DNA of 64,000 bases from Dimorphilus gyrociliatus (GCA_904063045.1 CAJFCJ010000014.1:248001-312000); one strand, 5' to 3'. Shown: positions 12,325 to 25,951, counted from the first letter of the stretch. A program made the numbers and translations. Notes: generated by a model not told the origin, from the sequence alone.

Positions 12325-13458
12325 GATTCAACAAACGTGATTGTCAAAGGCCGAAATGGATAACAGGAAATTTTGAAGGGTCATTTACCGCTGATTGACA
12401 ATTATCTAAATGATTCTGATTATTTCTTGTCTTAATCAATTAATTAGACAATTTTAATCTAATCGAATTGCTTAATAAACATTAGTACGATCCTATAAAA
12501 TATAGAGAAAATGTAATATTACTAAATATTGTGAAGATTTCCATCGGCATTACTCCTATATTCATTGTACTATATGATCTGGTTTGTTTAAAAAAGCAAT
12601 ACTGTTGTCAAGATCACATCGATTTTGTATTGTAAAGCCAATAGTTACATAGGCTTTATTTTGATTAAATAGGCCAATTTTTCTTTATTTGCAAAGTTAT
12701 CATAAAATGTGCTGATTTTTCAATATTTATAAAAAGGCTTTTAAGAATTAGTGACCCATAATGAAAAAGAGATAAACTCTCTTAACTGAAAAGTTGATTA
12801 TTATTCAATGCTGGCATTACTCAAAGCTTAAACTGATGATTGAAGATGGAGAGGAATTTGTTGTAAAAGTCTTTTAAAGAGATGGGATAATAAGAGAGAA
12901 TTCTTTACCTTTCTCTATTAATTCTGTCTATTAACTATGAAAATCATAAGTTTACTACTTTTCTAAATTTTTCCTTTCTTTTCCTCATTAAACGAATAAC
13001 GGGCTGACTGATTATCCGAAATTGAAATGTTCAAACGTTCCTCTAAAGCCTCGTTTTGAAGTATAGATGAATTTTTTCGCCAGTTATTAAATTATAAAGA
13101 AGACGTCATTTAGCATTCTTTTATTTGGAGTTGTTTCACCTTGAATTCAACCTTTTGTTAGATTATAGTTAATAATGAATTATATCTTGAATGCATCGAC
13201 TGTGAAGGTTGACCTGCGTATAACGGAATATGAAAGAATTTCTTTCATTATAAAGTAATTCGAAGGGCGAACACATTTTTTTCTATATGAAATATGTATA
13301 TAACAACAAAATGTTGTCGTTGTAGCCACAGTAGCGCTATTATCTAATCGGTATCATTGAAAAACGCTAACAAGGAAGTAGAACAAAGTTTTTTGAAAGT
13401 TTATTGAATTGAAAAGAAGCATTTCACATTGAAAGTTTGTCATTAGTATTTTATTAAT

Positions 13459-14590
13459 TCAAGCGCAAACGTTTGCAAGTCTGCTTGACGATGATAGTTG
13501 AATCTCGCAAATTTGAATATTCAGTGAATAGTTTGTTATTTTAATCATTCTCCAGTTCTTTCCCGAACAGGAGAATTTACATAAGTTATCTTCATCTTCT
13601 ATTAGGTCGCACATTTTTAGTTTGTCGTTTGGATCGTTGACGACCATAATATCATCGCATTTGTTCGCTTTATCAACCTTGTGGATAGTTACATATATAG
13701 TTGTTTGTGGTAACATTTTAACAGTAGCTCTGAATGTAATTATTGAGCCAATAGATAACTTTGGAGGGTTACTTTGGCAATCTTGAAGACCATCTCCTAG
13801 AGATTTCAGGAAATTATTAGTCGACAAACCAGACAAACAATTCGTCGACGCAGAAATATTGAACAACGCTAAAAAGAGAACTATTTTCACAAAATGATAA
13901 AATTGAATGTAAGACTTACAAACGCATTGAGGTTTAATGTATAAAGTACTACTCGGGTTTGAAGTAAGGGAATCACCCAGGGATGAAATATCAAGCAGAT
14001 CGCAGTTGTTTGTATTCATATTAAATGAAGTACAATTCGTTCTTTGATTACACTCTGCTTTACAAACATCCACATCAGTTGTAGAAATTGGAGTTTTATG
14101 ACATTTACTGCATTTTAGCATTTTGTTATCAAACTTTCTCCAGTTGTTACAATCTATAAGAGAATTGAATATGTAAAAGAGACGCTTAAATCATAGAAAT
14201 CCTATATTTACCATAGACTGTAATCTTCCCATAATAGAAGATATCGTCATCCATAAGTATATTCGGACCGTATGAAATAAACTTTTGAAGATAGCAATTT
14301 TTTGAAACTTGGTTATATGACAAACTTCCGCAGTTTACGTTATCAGTACATTTTACAATACAATACTCCAAGTTTGGAATTGAAAGTGTCTGTATTACAT
14401 CATCGTTATTCAAAGTGCCTTTAAACTTGACGTATGAGTGGCAAACTAGAATTATTCGTTAGGGTAATAAGAAAATACTAGTTAGTTTGTTAATAATTGT
14501 GTTTTTACCAGATTTTTCAACGTAAAGACTGTCAATTTCCGACGTAAAGCCAAAGAGAAGGAAGATGAAACTTTGTAAAACAACCATCAT
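13459..14590 (-). CDS. Secreted protein with two PAN/Apple domains and a C-terminal six-Cys domain, 4 exons
   Basis: Signal peptide MMVVLQSFIFLLFGFTS at 14590. PAN motifs CIVKCTDNVNCGSLSYNQVSKNCYL and CKAECNQRTNCTSFNMNTNNCDL. GT-AG introns keep the reading frame. Confidence 0.8.
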
Positions 14591-14901
14591 TATGCCGCGA
14601 TTGAGTGAGTTTAGTTATCGTTACTGTATTTATACTAATATTAAATTTACTTATTCATATTTAATATAGTACTTGAAGGAAAACGGTCATTCTTCTAACC
14701 CTTTGAAAAGGAGAACAAAAATAAATGCACAATAGTCTCAAGGATAATCACCTGAAATATTCATAGGAATGTTTCATTAATTATCTCTTCAGTGCCTAGT
14801 TACTTTTTTTATATTTCCCTATTCTACTTTAATTAAAATTACGCAATTGAATAGGATTTGGTATGAATATATTAAAAGATTTGGTTGTTTTCAATATAGG
14901 T

Positions 14902-16826
14902 CTATTTGCAGCGTCTATAAGTTATAAAGAATTCGGGATAGTAGTGATCCTTATCGTAAATGACAAATTCTCGAAAATTTAATTTTCTGCCATCCTCCCT
15001 GTGAGTGCCAAGTACACTTTCGTAAAGTCTTTGATGACTTCCCTTGGAGGATCTTGTCGGTGGTCTTCTCTTACCTTTCATTGTACTTTTTGTATGAAAT
15101 ACACTTCCTAATAAAACTCTTGCCATAATGATTTGATGCTCAGTTCCACCACCTACATATTGATCAGCTTTCGTTGGACTTTCGCTGAAGTATACTCCAC
15201 ACCCAAACATAGCTCCATCACCAGTCCATTTTGGATCGACACTTTGTTCTTTTACTATTTCAATTGTTTCGGACTTTGTTCCGTGGAAGAGATAGTGTTC
15301 GTTGACCTCCTGAATTAACGTTCTTTTGACATCATCATGAGCGACGGTATATGTTTCAACTTCTTCTTCAGGGAATGGTTGAATATCATCTTTCATAGCC
15401 ATTCTTATAAGATTATTTCTATTGGATGCATACTGAAAGAAGGATTTTAATAAAAAAAACAATGAAAATCATTAAAATATAAAATGAAAACTGCTTTTAA
15501 ACTTTTTCATAAATTGAGGGATGTTCTAATCTTTCAATTTTGATTATTTCAATATTTTTTATTGACGAATCTTGTTCTCTTGAATCTTTTCCGTGGCCAA
15601 CGAATTTTGGTTTCCATGTATCCAAACAGATTTTCTTTAATTTTCTATTAACGAATAACAACAGAACAATGAAAATATTATGGATAATGGATAAAGAATA
15701 ATAACTCGAATAGTTGTTCATCGGTGTCCTTCAAATTGATGAGGTCACTTTCCCCTCCAGCTGCAGTTGCATCATTTAAATATGTTGAATTTAATGACCA
15801 ATTTCTAGGCACACGATAGCTCAAATTAATAATTTTCTAATAAGAACAAGGAAATGGTTAAAAGAATGGTAAAACAATTGAATTTGTTCAATTCACCTGC
15901 AATCTGTCTGCTTTTGATTTGGCTTTATCTAGATCACCCCAATCAAGTAACTTTTTAGATGAGAGACTTTTAGAGTGTTGTAAATCGCAAGCTAATTCTA
16001 AATCGTAGGCTTTTTCTAAACATTCCAGATTATATTTCATGAAATCACCAACAGTTTTTGCTTCTTTAAATGTCTGCTTCATAATCTCATTCAATTCAGT
16101 CTCGAAGGAAACAATGATAATTTTCTGGAATTAATCTATTGTTTCATTGTCACGGAGAGAGGTATTAAGATGATTACAATACCTTGATTGAAGTATTAAC
16201 GTGAAAGATAAAGTAGCTATTTATTTCTTCGTTGAGGACCTTGGCAACTGCGTTTGGTTCGTATTGGCACGCTTTACCACAACCAATTGGAGTTAAAGCT
16301 ATAACCTCTTGTTCAAAGTGATCAGCCCATTTTAAAAGACATCGTATAACCTTTCTTAAATTCTATTAATAGCAAAGTAAATAATTACAGTATATTCTAG
16401 ATCTTGAAACCGAAAATACAAACGCTGTAGCCTATAGCATATGAATATCTGGTTAATTTCGTATGAAAGATGTATTTGTTTTCCAAATAAGAACATCTTA
16501 TTTCCAGTTCCAGTGGGATCGCTCTTGAAAAATCATCTTCCAAAGCAGGAAATTCTTCGCAAAATCTTTTTGATATAATACCGCATTCAGATAATTTCGA
16601 TTTCGTTAGAGGAAGATTATTTACAAGAATGTTGGCCTATAATAAATAAAATATTGTACGATTTTCATCGTCGAAACAAGTATAAAAAACTACCAACTTC
16701 ATCCTTGCTTTCCATGATATCTCCTTCTCTAAAAATGACTCTACTCCCTGCTGCCGAAGGTATTTTAATTCGACCAGCATCGGCAGCCTCCAAAAGACTC
16801 CTCTCAATTTTCCTTCTTCTAGTCAT
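14902..16826 (-). CDS. Macro domain + PARP (ART) catalytic domain protein, multi-exon; start codon uncertain
   Basis: The catalytic exon has LFHGT, GAMFGCGVYFSESPTKADQY and FREFVIYDKDHYYPEFFITY. Upstream exons not fully in the ORF track encode a Macro fold: VIFREGDIMESK..ANILVNN..LENKYIFHT..VIALTPIGCGKACQYEPNAVAKVL..IKKIIIVSF. Confidence 0.8.
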
Positions 16827-17382
16827 CCTCTCTGGAAGTATTTTGAAGAATGTCTAAATAATCTTATCTATAAACACTAATATAAATCTTGTTAAGACGA
16901 TCAACTTCAAAGAGAAAATAAAAGTAGAACAAGGAGACAGTAGAATTTCTTATTGGCCATATTTCTTTTTTTATGATCAATACTAAACTTAATCGATGTT
17001 TATAAATAAATGTATCGCAGCTACAATACATAGTATAAAGAACAAATTCTTTAGGATACCATTAACAACTTACATATTTAAAATTAACAAAAGTTGATAA
17101 TTTTGCGATGGTTATTAGTGGTTTTAATATCTGTATTTCGTTTCGTAGTTGATATTCTAAAGTAGGGCGTTTAACTATTTCCTAGAGGAGTATCTTTTCA
17201 AATATTTTCATAGTTTATACTTATAACCATTAGTTATAGATTAAGCGATCAAGTTTTGTATTCAAATGTAAATGGTCGTCATACGTTTTAACTTTTATAA
17301 ACACGCTAAAAACCATATAGATATGTATTTACTGTAAATGGAGTGTTAATAGTTCTCATTCATCCTATTGACATCTATTCAT

Positions 17383-20300
17383 TCATATGTTTTCTTCTTC
17401 CTCAATTACTTTTTTAATAAAGTCATATTGACTTGCAGTTTGGGTAAAAATAGATTTGCCATATTTACATCCTCTAATACCCCAGCTAACTACTCCACTT
17501 GCTGTCCATTTCCCCCCGATTTTACAGGATAGAGGACCACCAGAATCGCCCTGAAAGAAAAACATTAAAAAACTTATAACAAATGATATACTTTTAAAAG
17601 ATAATTTCATTTACCTGGCAAGATTGAGACTGTGGAGTTTCAACACCTTTTCCACAGATTGTTTGTGGATAATTTAACATGAATAATCCTTTAGTTTTAT
17701 TTGCCATGTCACTGGCGCAACTCTCCTGTGTTTCCAACTGAATTTTAGTTTTCATTAGAAAATCAGACAGTTGTTTATCTAAAATAGAAAATATACTAAT
17801 ATAAATTGATGGTCTTTTCTCTTTAAATATTTTAATTAGCCTACTCTGTCCATTTAAATATCCAAAACCGGAGACGTAACAATCGTAATCTTCATTACCA
17901 GTTAGAGGTTGATTATTCAAACAAGCAGTGTTGATTGAATCAGACATTATAACAGCTTTATTCAATTTTAATATGGCTAAGTCATTCTCTATAAAAACAC
18001 TTTTATAGTCCGGATGGATAAAGGCTTTAGAGACTTTATAAGTCTTTCCACCATAGATGTAAACAGAGCCCAAACTTATGGATATTTTTTCGTTTCTAAT
18101 AAAAAGATTTCTTAATTACTACAACATTCTATTGGCTATTCTCATTAATTCAAATAGAAAAACTAACGGTTTTATGCAATGAGCAGCTGTAAGTATAAAT
18201 CGTTCATGAATAAGAATTCCACCACATTTAATAAACGTAAAATACGTAAAATATGTATCGAGTGATAGTCGCACCTGATTGTAAGATATGTAATTATATA
18301 TGAACTTTAACTTTGAAATATTTATTAAAGAGTTTAGATTACCTGCCATGGAAATTCACTAGCGTCAGTAACCCTTTTTCCTCCAACAATGAACGAACTA
18401 CTACTTCTTACGCCGCAATTTTTGTGATTGAGACCAACAGTAACCTGAATTTTATCTGAAAGATGAAAAACACATTTATTCGTTTTATAAACATCAATAG
18501 AAAGTGTTTTACGAGGTTTTCGAGTGGTAAGTGAAGGTGGAGCAGTTGGTTTTGTTAATATATTTCTTAAGTTATTTTTTATAGTATCCTCTATCCATCT
18601 ATAATATTTGCCAGTTTGTGTATATAATATTAGATTCTTTCTATATAATTCGTTCGATTTCTGCAGGATACCTCCCACAAACCATTTTCCGTTAACTTTA
18701 CAAGTTAGAGGAGATCCTGTATCGTACTGGAAAAAAGGATAATGCACAGATAATAAGTTTTTATCTTAACATAATACTATTTTAAGAACTTTACAAAGAT
18801 AGTTTGGCTTTGACGAGTATTAAGAGTTTTTCCGCAAAGTATTTCTGGATAAGAACGATAATAACTATAGAAAGCGTTCTTGCATATCAATTCAGTTACA
18901 AGGTCTTGTTGCAGTTTTTGAAGTTGGTGAGTATAACCTTTTGGCTCTGTAATTAAAGGATTGCGATTAAAATATCTACAATTCTCTTTCATAATCCTTA
19001 CGCAATTTTCCAAAACTTGAAACGTAGCATTCGTAATCTTCTTTTCCATCAAGATTCTCTTCAATTAAGCAAGCGGGTTTAATCTTATCGCTCATTGTAA
19101 TCTTCTTTTCCAACTTTAAGAGAGCTATATTATTCTTATAGTATAAACTGCTATATTGTGGGTGTTGTATAAATTTTACGCCTCTGTAAATTTTTCCCCT
19201 ATATCTCTTAGAAGATCCAACAACAATTTCGTATTCTGAATTTCTAGGATTGAACGAATAGAACACATAGACTAAAGTGTAAAGATTGAGAATAACTTAC
19301 AAGTCAGCTTGACATTCCGCAGCAGTTAGGATAAATTCTTCATGAACAATTATTCCTTCGCATGTACTGCTTTTCGTGTCACTTTCCCCTATAAACCATA
19401 CCTTTAAATGCGTTTATTATAGTATTTTATACTATTTTTGAAGTAGTGCATAGAAATTTATCAAACCTGCCATGGAAAATCAGTTATAGAAGTATTTACT
19501 CCTTTAATATTACCGCTCCTACCGCAATTCTGTTTATTGATGCCTGAAAAGAAGCCGAAAGAATACATTTTTATAGTATAGTCGTTTAAATAAAAATGGT
19601 AAACAGCGTTCACCTATTGCTGGTGTACTGCAAGGTCCTTCGGTTATTTTAATCTCATCGAAAGCGATATCTCCAGTATATCCTTTATAAAAAAATCCAT
19701 AGAACAGCAATTTTTGAATCTGTTTACAACAATCACAACACAATAAAGTATGTTTGTAATGTTCTGTACTTACAACTATTTCAGAGGAAGTGCCATTGAT
19801 TGTATGTGAAAATATCATCCATTCTAATCCTTGATTTCCTTGTTTTTCGAGAAGAGTTTCATTTTTAACTATTGTCCTTTTATCTTTATCTAAACTGATC
19901 AAAGAGACAAGAAATCGACCCATATCCTCTCCATACATATTATATATAAATGATAGGCAAACTTTTCTATTGAAATAAACAATTGGAGATTCTAGAATAG
20001 CGAATGCTGACGTATCAGCATAGGTAGCTTCGAAATAGACAAAAGGACCATAATATGTCTCTTGCGGCCCAGTATTAAGTGAAGGTGTTTTTGTACCAAT
20101 CAACCATTGAAAAGCTTTCTTTCCATGTGAATAATTACAAAATCCTTTGTCAAATGAACATTCCAATTTTTCAGGAGAATATTCTATTGTTCAATCAATC
20201 AATCAATGGAAAATTAGGAGAGAAAAAGTGAGAAATTACTTCTAATACTTACTATTAACTATAGGTTTTGCAGTTGAAATTGAATCAGTTTTTGTGCTCG

Positions 20301-21821
20301 ATCTACCTGATAAAATCGTTTATGTTATTATTTCAACATGTAGAAGAGTATCAAACGCGAAATTATTTACTGTCCGCTGTAGGTCTTATAGGTGGTATTG
20401 TTCGTTCTGGTCTTGAATAACAGTTTACCAGTCGAAGTTCATCGATGGCGAATGAGTAAATACTGAACCATTTACATTCTTGTTCAAAAACGATCTATAA
20501 ACAATTTTTCATACATTTAATCCTTTGTAAATCTGTTTTAATATAAAGATTACACTATAGTTTCCAACAGGTAGATCAACTATTCTCTTAATCCATCCAC
20601 TTCCACTTGAGCTAGGATTATCCAACAGCAGGTTTTCTTCATTCCCCTTACCTTTCGTATAGATTTTTATACCGTTTGCAACATTATTGCCACTTATAGA
20701 GTAAAAGAATGAAAATGTACATCCTGTCATATCGATTGTTAATAGAGAACTCTGGAAGCTCCTAATGTCTCCATTCTTACAAAAATACGAGCTAATTTGT
20801 GCAAAATGTCCTTTAAATGATATACAATATATTAATTTGAGTGAGCGATGGAAATTATATAACTACCTGTTTTGCTTACATCCTGATAAGGTGGCAAATA
20901 GTGTATAGTAGGATCGTTTATTTTCCAGCCACTTCCGTTACTTTGCAAAGCATATTGACAGAAATTTTTCGAATCAAAGTTACAATCCAACTTTTGTTGT
21001 AGCAGCAGTTTCCAAGGAGCTACAGTTACTTTATCATGTAGAACTACGACGAATAGAAGAAATTAATCTCTTTCATTTAAATAAATTATATTGGAAACAT
21101 ACCAGAACAATTGTTTATTTCAATGTTGTCAATAGCCACTATCGAATCATTTTGAGCGACTTTTTCAGCTTTGATAATGAACTATGAAAGGTATAGTACA
21201 GTATAGTATATATAAATTTATATATTCTTCAAACCTGATCGAGATCCTTGGGAAACGTCAGTATCCGTGTAGTCCATTTGTTGTAATCTGAATAACTTAC
21301 TGAAAAGACTTGAACGTTTGAAACACGGTTATTCTTCATTTTATAAATGTATAGTTTGTCAACGAAAGAAGATATGAGAAGATTGAATTTTAAACATAGA
21401 GTATTCCATTTAAAGCTTTTAAAATTGAATTTCCTTGAATATATATAAGTTTCTTTGATAATTGAACTATTTAGTTTAGCGTACATGCATTTTCCTGAAA
21501 GAATTGTTATTATTATTACTATCGTCATTAAAGAGCGTTAATTCATTGAGTAAGAATGTAACCTGTATTGTTTACAGGCGATGGCTTTAGCTCTCCTCTA
21601 CGAAATTTGTAAATCATTAAATCATTTGGTACAAATGATTTGAATGAACAATCATTGCTCTCAAAGTTACAGCGCCAAGAAACATCCGAATCTGCCAATA
21701 ACCCTGAAAGATAATGACTCATCAATAATATAATAATTAGATAAGCAAATAACAACTAACCTTCGGCGATGGAAAGCAGATATATAAAATATAGAAGAAA
21801 AAGCGCTAATCTTCCATTCAT
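17383..21821 (-). CDS. Secreted 3xMAM + inactive serine-protease-like domain + active S1 serine protease (MAM gene A)
   Basis: Signal peptide [21 protein letters not shown] and three MAM domains (~21700-19610). Protease domain 1 has TAAEC/NNIALL/YDTGSP (triad lost). Domain 2 has [25 protein letters not shown] and VSWG (triad intact). Confidence 0.85.
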
Positions 21822-22552
21822 TTCAAAAAGAAGCTGTTTTATGCTTTTGAAGGAGAAAAAGTAAATTTTCTTTAAAGATACTCTCCTATCAGCAGTTTTA
21901 TAAAAAATGTAAAATATCTACTTTCTTTTTTAAGAATGAGCTTTCTAATATGAATAAATTAGCATAATAATATGAATATTTAAATGAGTCATAAAAACCA
22001 AAAAAGGAAAGTAAAAACAATTAGCTCTAGTAAGTGCAACGTCAATGACTTTGAAGAAGCTGTTTAAGATTGTCCTTGATTTAAGGCTTAAACGAATGAT
22101 CACCAATGAAAAAACGGTAATGTAATGATACGAGGGATGAGTTTCCAATTAAGGGAGAACTTAATAACATTCCTAGCAGTCATTAAACCCTTATTACTAT
22201 TATTCAACATTATTAATAGTAGTATATACTTGTCAATGAACTGTAATACAGTCAGGAAAAACTAAATAATCGCAAATATCTACTGTGATCGCAGTTCTTC
22301 TACTCATAGAATAGTTGACGATTTCGCAATATACAGCATTCAACCATTTCGTAGGCTACATAGAACATTCTCACTATTCAAAGATTTATATATCATTGTA
22401 ATTCAAATATTGTATTTCTTAGCTGAATTTTTTTTCAAATATGTGTCACATCAAAGAACAGTGAAGCGCATCGATTTGTGATATGATTAACCAAGCCGAG
22501 TAAAATAGAAAAAAAAGAAAATGTCCTCTTTAAATGCCAAGGTAAAACTACT

Positions 22553-25343
22553 TTAGACGAGACATGACCCGTCGTTAATTTGAATTCCATCAAAAGAAAT
22601 ATCACCTCTGTAACCTCTGCCATAGAGACCCATGAAATTCAATTTTATGTGCTGTATCAACAAAAAATAGTTCTTTATCAGTTTCTTTTAAGGAAAACAA
22701 CAAATGTTTAATACTTACAGCTATTTGTGGAGAATTACGTATAGTATATGAAAATCTAATCCATTCCATTCCTTTATTTCCAATTTCGTTCAGAATTGTT
22801 TCATTTCTAATTATTCTACTATCAGTTTGATCAAAAGTGATAAGGGAGACGAGAAATCGACCGGTATGACTTCCATACATATTATACATAAATGATAAGC
22901 AAGTCTCTTTATCGAAATAGACAATGGGAGACTCGAGTAGGGAAAAATAGCCTCTAGTTGCCGTAGTTGCTTCAAAATACACAAAATTTCCAGAATATGG
23001 TGCTTGCGGACCAGTGTCTCTAGAAGGAGTTTCTCTGCCAATTAACCATTGATAGTTTGTAGAATTTTGGTAATAATTACAAAAGTCTTGCTCGAATTGA
23101 CACTCCAATAACTTTGGAGAAGGTCCTGAACAAGATAACAGTTGAACAAGTGTAAATTTTACATTCTCTTGAATATCATCAACAATACTATACCTGGTCT
23201 TACTGTTACACTAGACGTTTCTCTGGTTGACCTAGCAGACCCAGGACAGGAACCATAAGAAATGGTAACTTCATCAAACGAAACATCACCTTTATATCCT
23301 CTTCCGTAGAAAGCATAAAAATTTAATTTTCTAGGCTATATCAGTAATTAAAAAACAAAGTCCTAGTTCTTTCATTAGTCTCAATGCTTTAAACTTACTC
23401 TTATTTGTGGATAATCATTAATTGTATGTGAAAATCGAATCCAATCAGTTCCTTTATTTCCAATTTCGTTAAGAATTGTTTCATTTCCGATTATTCTATT
23501 TTCATTTTGATCAAGAGTGATAAGAGAAACGAGAAATCGACCAATATGACTTCCATGCATATTATACATAAATGATAAGCAAGTCTCTTTATCGAAATAG
23601 ACAACGGGAGACTCTAGTAGGGAAAAATAGCCTCTAGTTGCCGTAGTTGCTTCAAAATACACAAAATTTCCAGAATATGGTACTTGTGGACCAGTATTGC
23701 TAGAGGGAGTTTCTCTGCCGATTACCCATTGATGAGTTTGAGTACTTTGATAATAATTACAAAAGTCTTGCTCGAATCGACACTCTAAGAGTGTTGGTGA
23801 ATTTCCTGTTGTAAGCAATCAAAATTATAAGGAATAGAAAATATCTAAAAGGTAAATTCTAACTGTTTGGAGTTGGTCTTGGAGTTGAGAGAGAAGGTGA
23901 TTGGCAGTTATGTGTAGTTATTTCATCAACAGCAATATGAGATAACGAAAGAATAGTACATTTCCCTTCGAAAATCAACTGAAAAAAGCATCAGAACAAG
24001 TTCAATTTATCTAAGAATGTAATTAATTAATGAGATGAATTTACCTCATATTCTCCAATTGGTAGGCTAATGTCTTCGGTAAGCCAACTTTCTCCTTGAG
24101 GACCACGCTTTTCTACTAATACTTGTTGTAGATTTTCTTTATTGTTTGTATAAACTGTTAAAGTTCCAACATTTTCGCCAGACATGTGATAGTAGAATGA
24201 AAGTTTGCATCTAGGGTTGGTTACTATTATTGAAGAACTTTTTAAATAAACCCTATCTCCTTCCCAACAAACGAATGGTCCAGAATGCAAATAATATCCT
24301 ATAATCATTACTTCTCTATCAGATTTATGTTATTAAAATTGATACTGATATATATATCTTACCATTTTTGCTTACATCTTGCTCAGGCAATCCGTAGAAA
24401 GAGTGTTGTGGGTTGCTTACTGTCCAAGCGTAATTATCAATTCGATTCTGAGAGCTTCTTAGCAATTCATACTGGCAAGTAGTGCTCGAGTCGAAATTAC
24501 ATTGTAATATTGAATCTATATTCGTTGACGATGGAGGTGTTGAAGATGAATCAGCTGTTAAAAGAAAGCTTATGCATGAATGCTATTAGATGAAAATATC
24601 TATATAATTAACCATAACAATCATTAAATTCCATATTATCGATAGCTATTATTGAAGTCGCCGAATTTTTACGAGAGCTCTTAATCATGATCTAAAGAAT
24701 TTTAGTATTTTCATTCAAAAGTCTTTGTTTAACTGATTACAATATTGAATTTTATAATCAAACCTCGTCTACACTCTGCGAAAGATAATCCGTCTTTTCT
24801 ATCCATTTAAATATTTCATGTGAATATTTCATTGAAAAAGCTCTTTGCTTAACAATTTGATAATCCTTTAGGAAGAAGACAAACAATTCATCTTGACCAT
24901 TACTCATGAGAATATTGAATTTGAAGCATAATTTCCCAATATTTCTTGGAATATTCAATTTACTCGAAAACAAGTAGGCCTCTTCCAGATGAGAATTAGT
25001 CTTGCGTGCGTACATACAATTTTCTAAAACAGGAATAAATGAATAATGCTTTCACCCTACAATAGAATCTTTTTTAAGATAAATCGTCTACTTACCAGCC
25101 CTTTCTGGTGTTTTTAGATTTCCTCTTTCAAACTTGTAAACCTGGAATTGATCTGGTACATTTGATTGAAATGAACAATCATCATTTTCAAAAGTACACT
25201 TCCAATAGATCCTCTGACCTAATTTTTCAATATCAAATGAATGTACATATTAAATAAATGGATATGTCATTAAACTAACCAAAGACAATTGAAAGTATAG
25301 TCGTGATGAATATGAAAATGGTCAATTTAGTCTTTTCACTCAT
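22553..25343 (-). CDS. Secreted 4xMAM protein without protease domain (MAM gene B)
   Basis: Signal peptide MSEKTKLTIFIFITTILSIVFG at 25343 and four MAM domains. The last exon, HIKLNFMGLYGRGYRGDISFDGIQINDGSCLV-stop, ends at 22553. Confidence 0.82.
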
Positions 25344-25951
25344 AATCCTTTCAAAAGTATGAAATAACTATGAAGCTTTATGATATAAGGAAAGATATAC
25401 GTAGAGTATCTGTGAAGTTCTCTTGAAATGAAGGCTAATTTCGTTAAAAATAGCTTTTTATAGCTAACAAAAGAACTCTTTCATTCCTTACGGTTAACTA
25501 TTAAAAAACAGGAAGATTAACCATTGAATATAATAATCATTCGTACTTTCGTTTTCTTAAATTATATTTAGAAAGCCGCTGGTTAATTGCTTCATTGAAT
25601 CTATCAAAACGGTTAGACCGTGACAGTCCTTTTAAATAATTGTCAAAAACATATGTTGAAACCAACTCATTTTAAAGTATTCATCTCAGGGAATTTCCCT
25701 ACTATCAGCCAACCAATTTAATACTATATCACTAAGGCACATTCGTATCAATCGTAATCAGCTTAAAAAACATCCTACAATAGACTATTGTTAGTATTCT
25801 ATCCATTATTCCCTATTACCTTCTTATAGATGTTTGTGAATGTGATTTATGAATGTTTTAATAAAAATATAGTGTATTCAAAATTTTTGAATTATTACAG
25901 AATTTTCTTTTCCGATAATACAAATATTACTTTTGCAAATGATAATGTCTA

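Noticed and set aside
12700-13300. Open minus-strand stretch (NNWRKNSSILQNEALEERL...) upstream of the NLR
   Set aside because: No start codon, no homology recognised and no convincing splice link to the NLR.
22553-22700. Apparent +1 frameshift in the last MAM of gene B (the ORF track reads IEFHGSLWQRLQR-stop)
   Set aside because: A phase-0 intron (GTAAGT at ~22720 to GATACAG at ~22650) restores HIKLNFMGLYGRGYRGDISFDG, matching the paralogous exon. The gene is intact.
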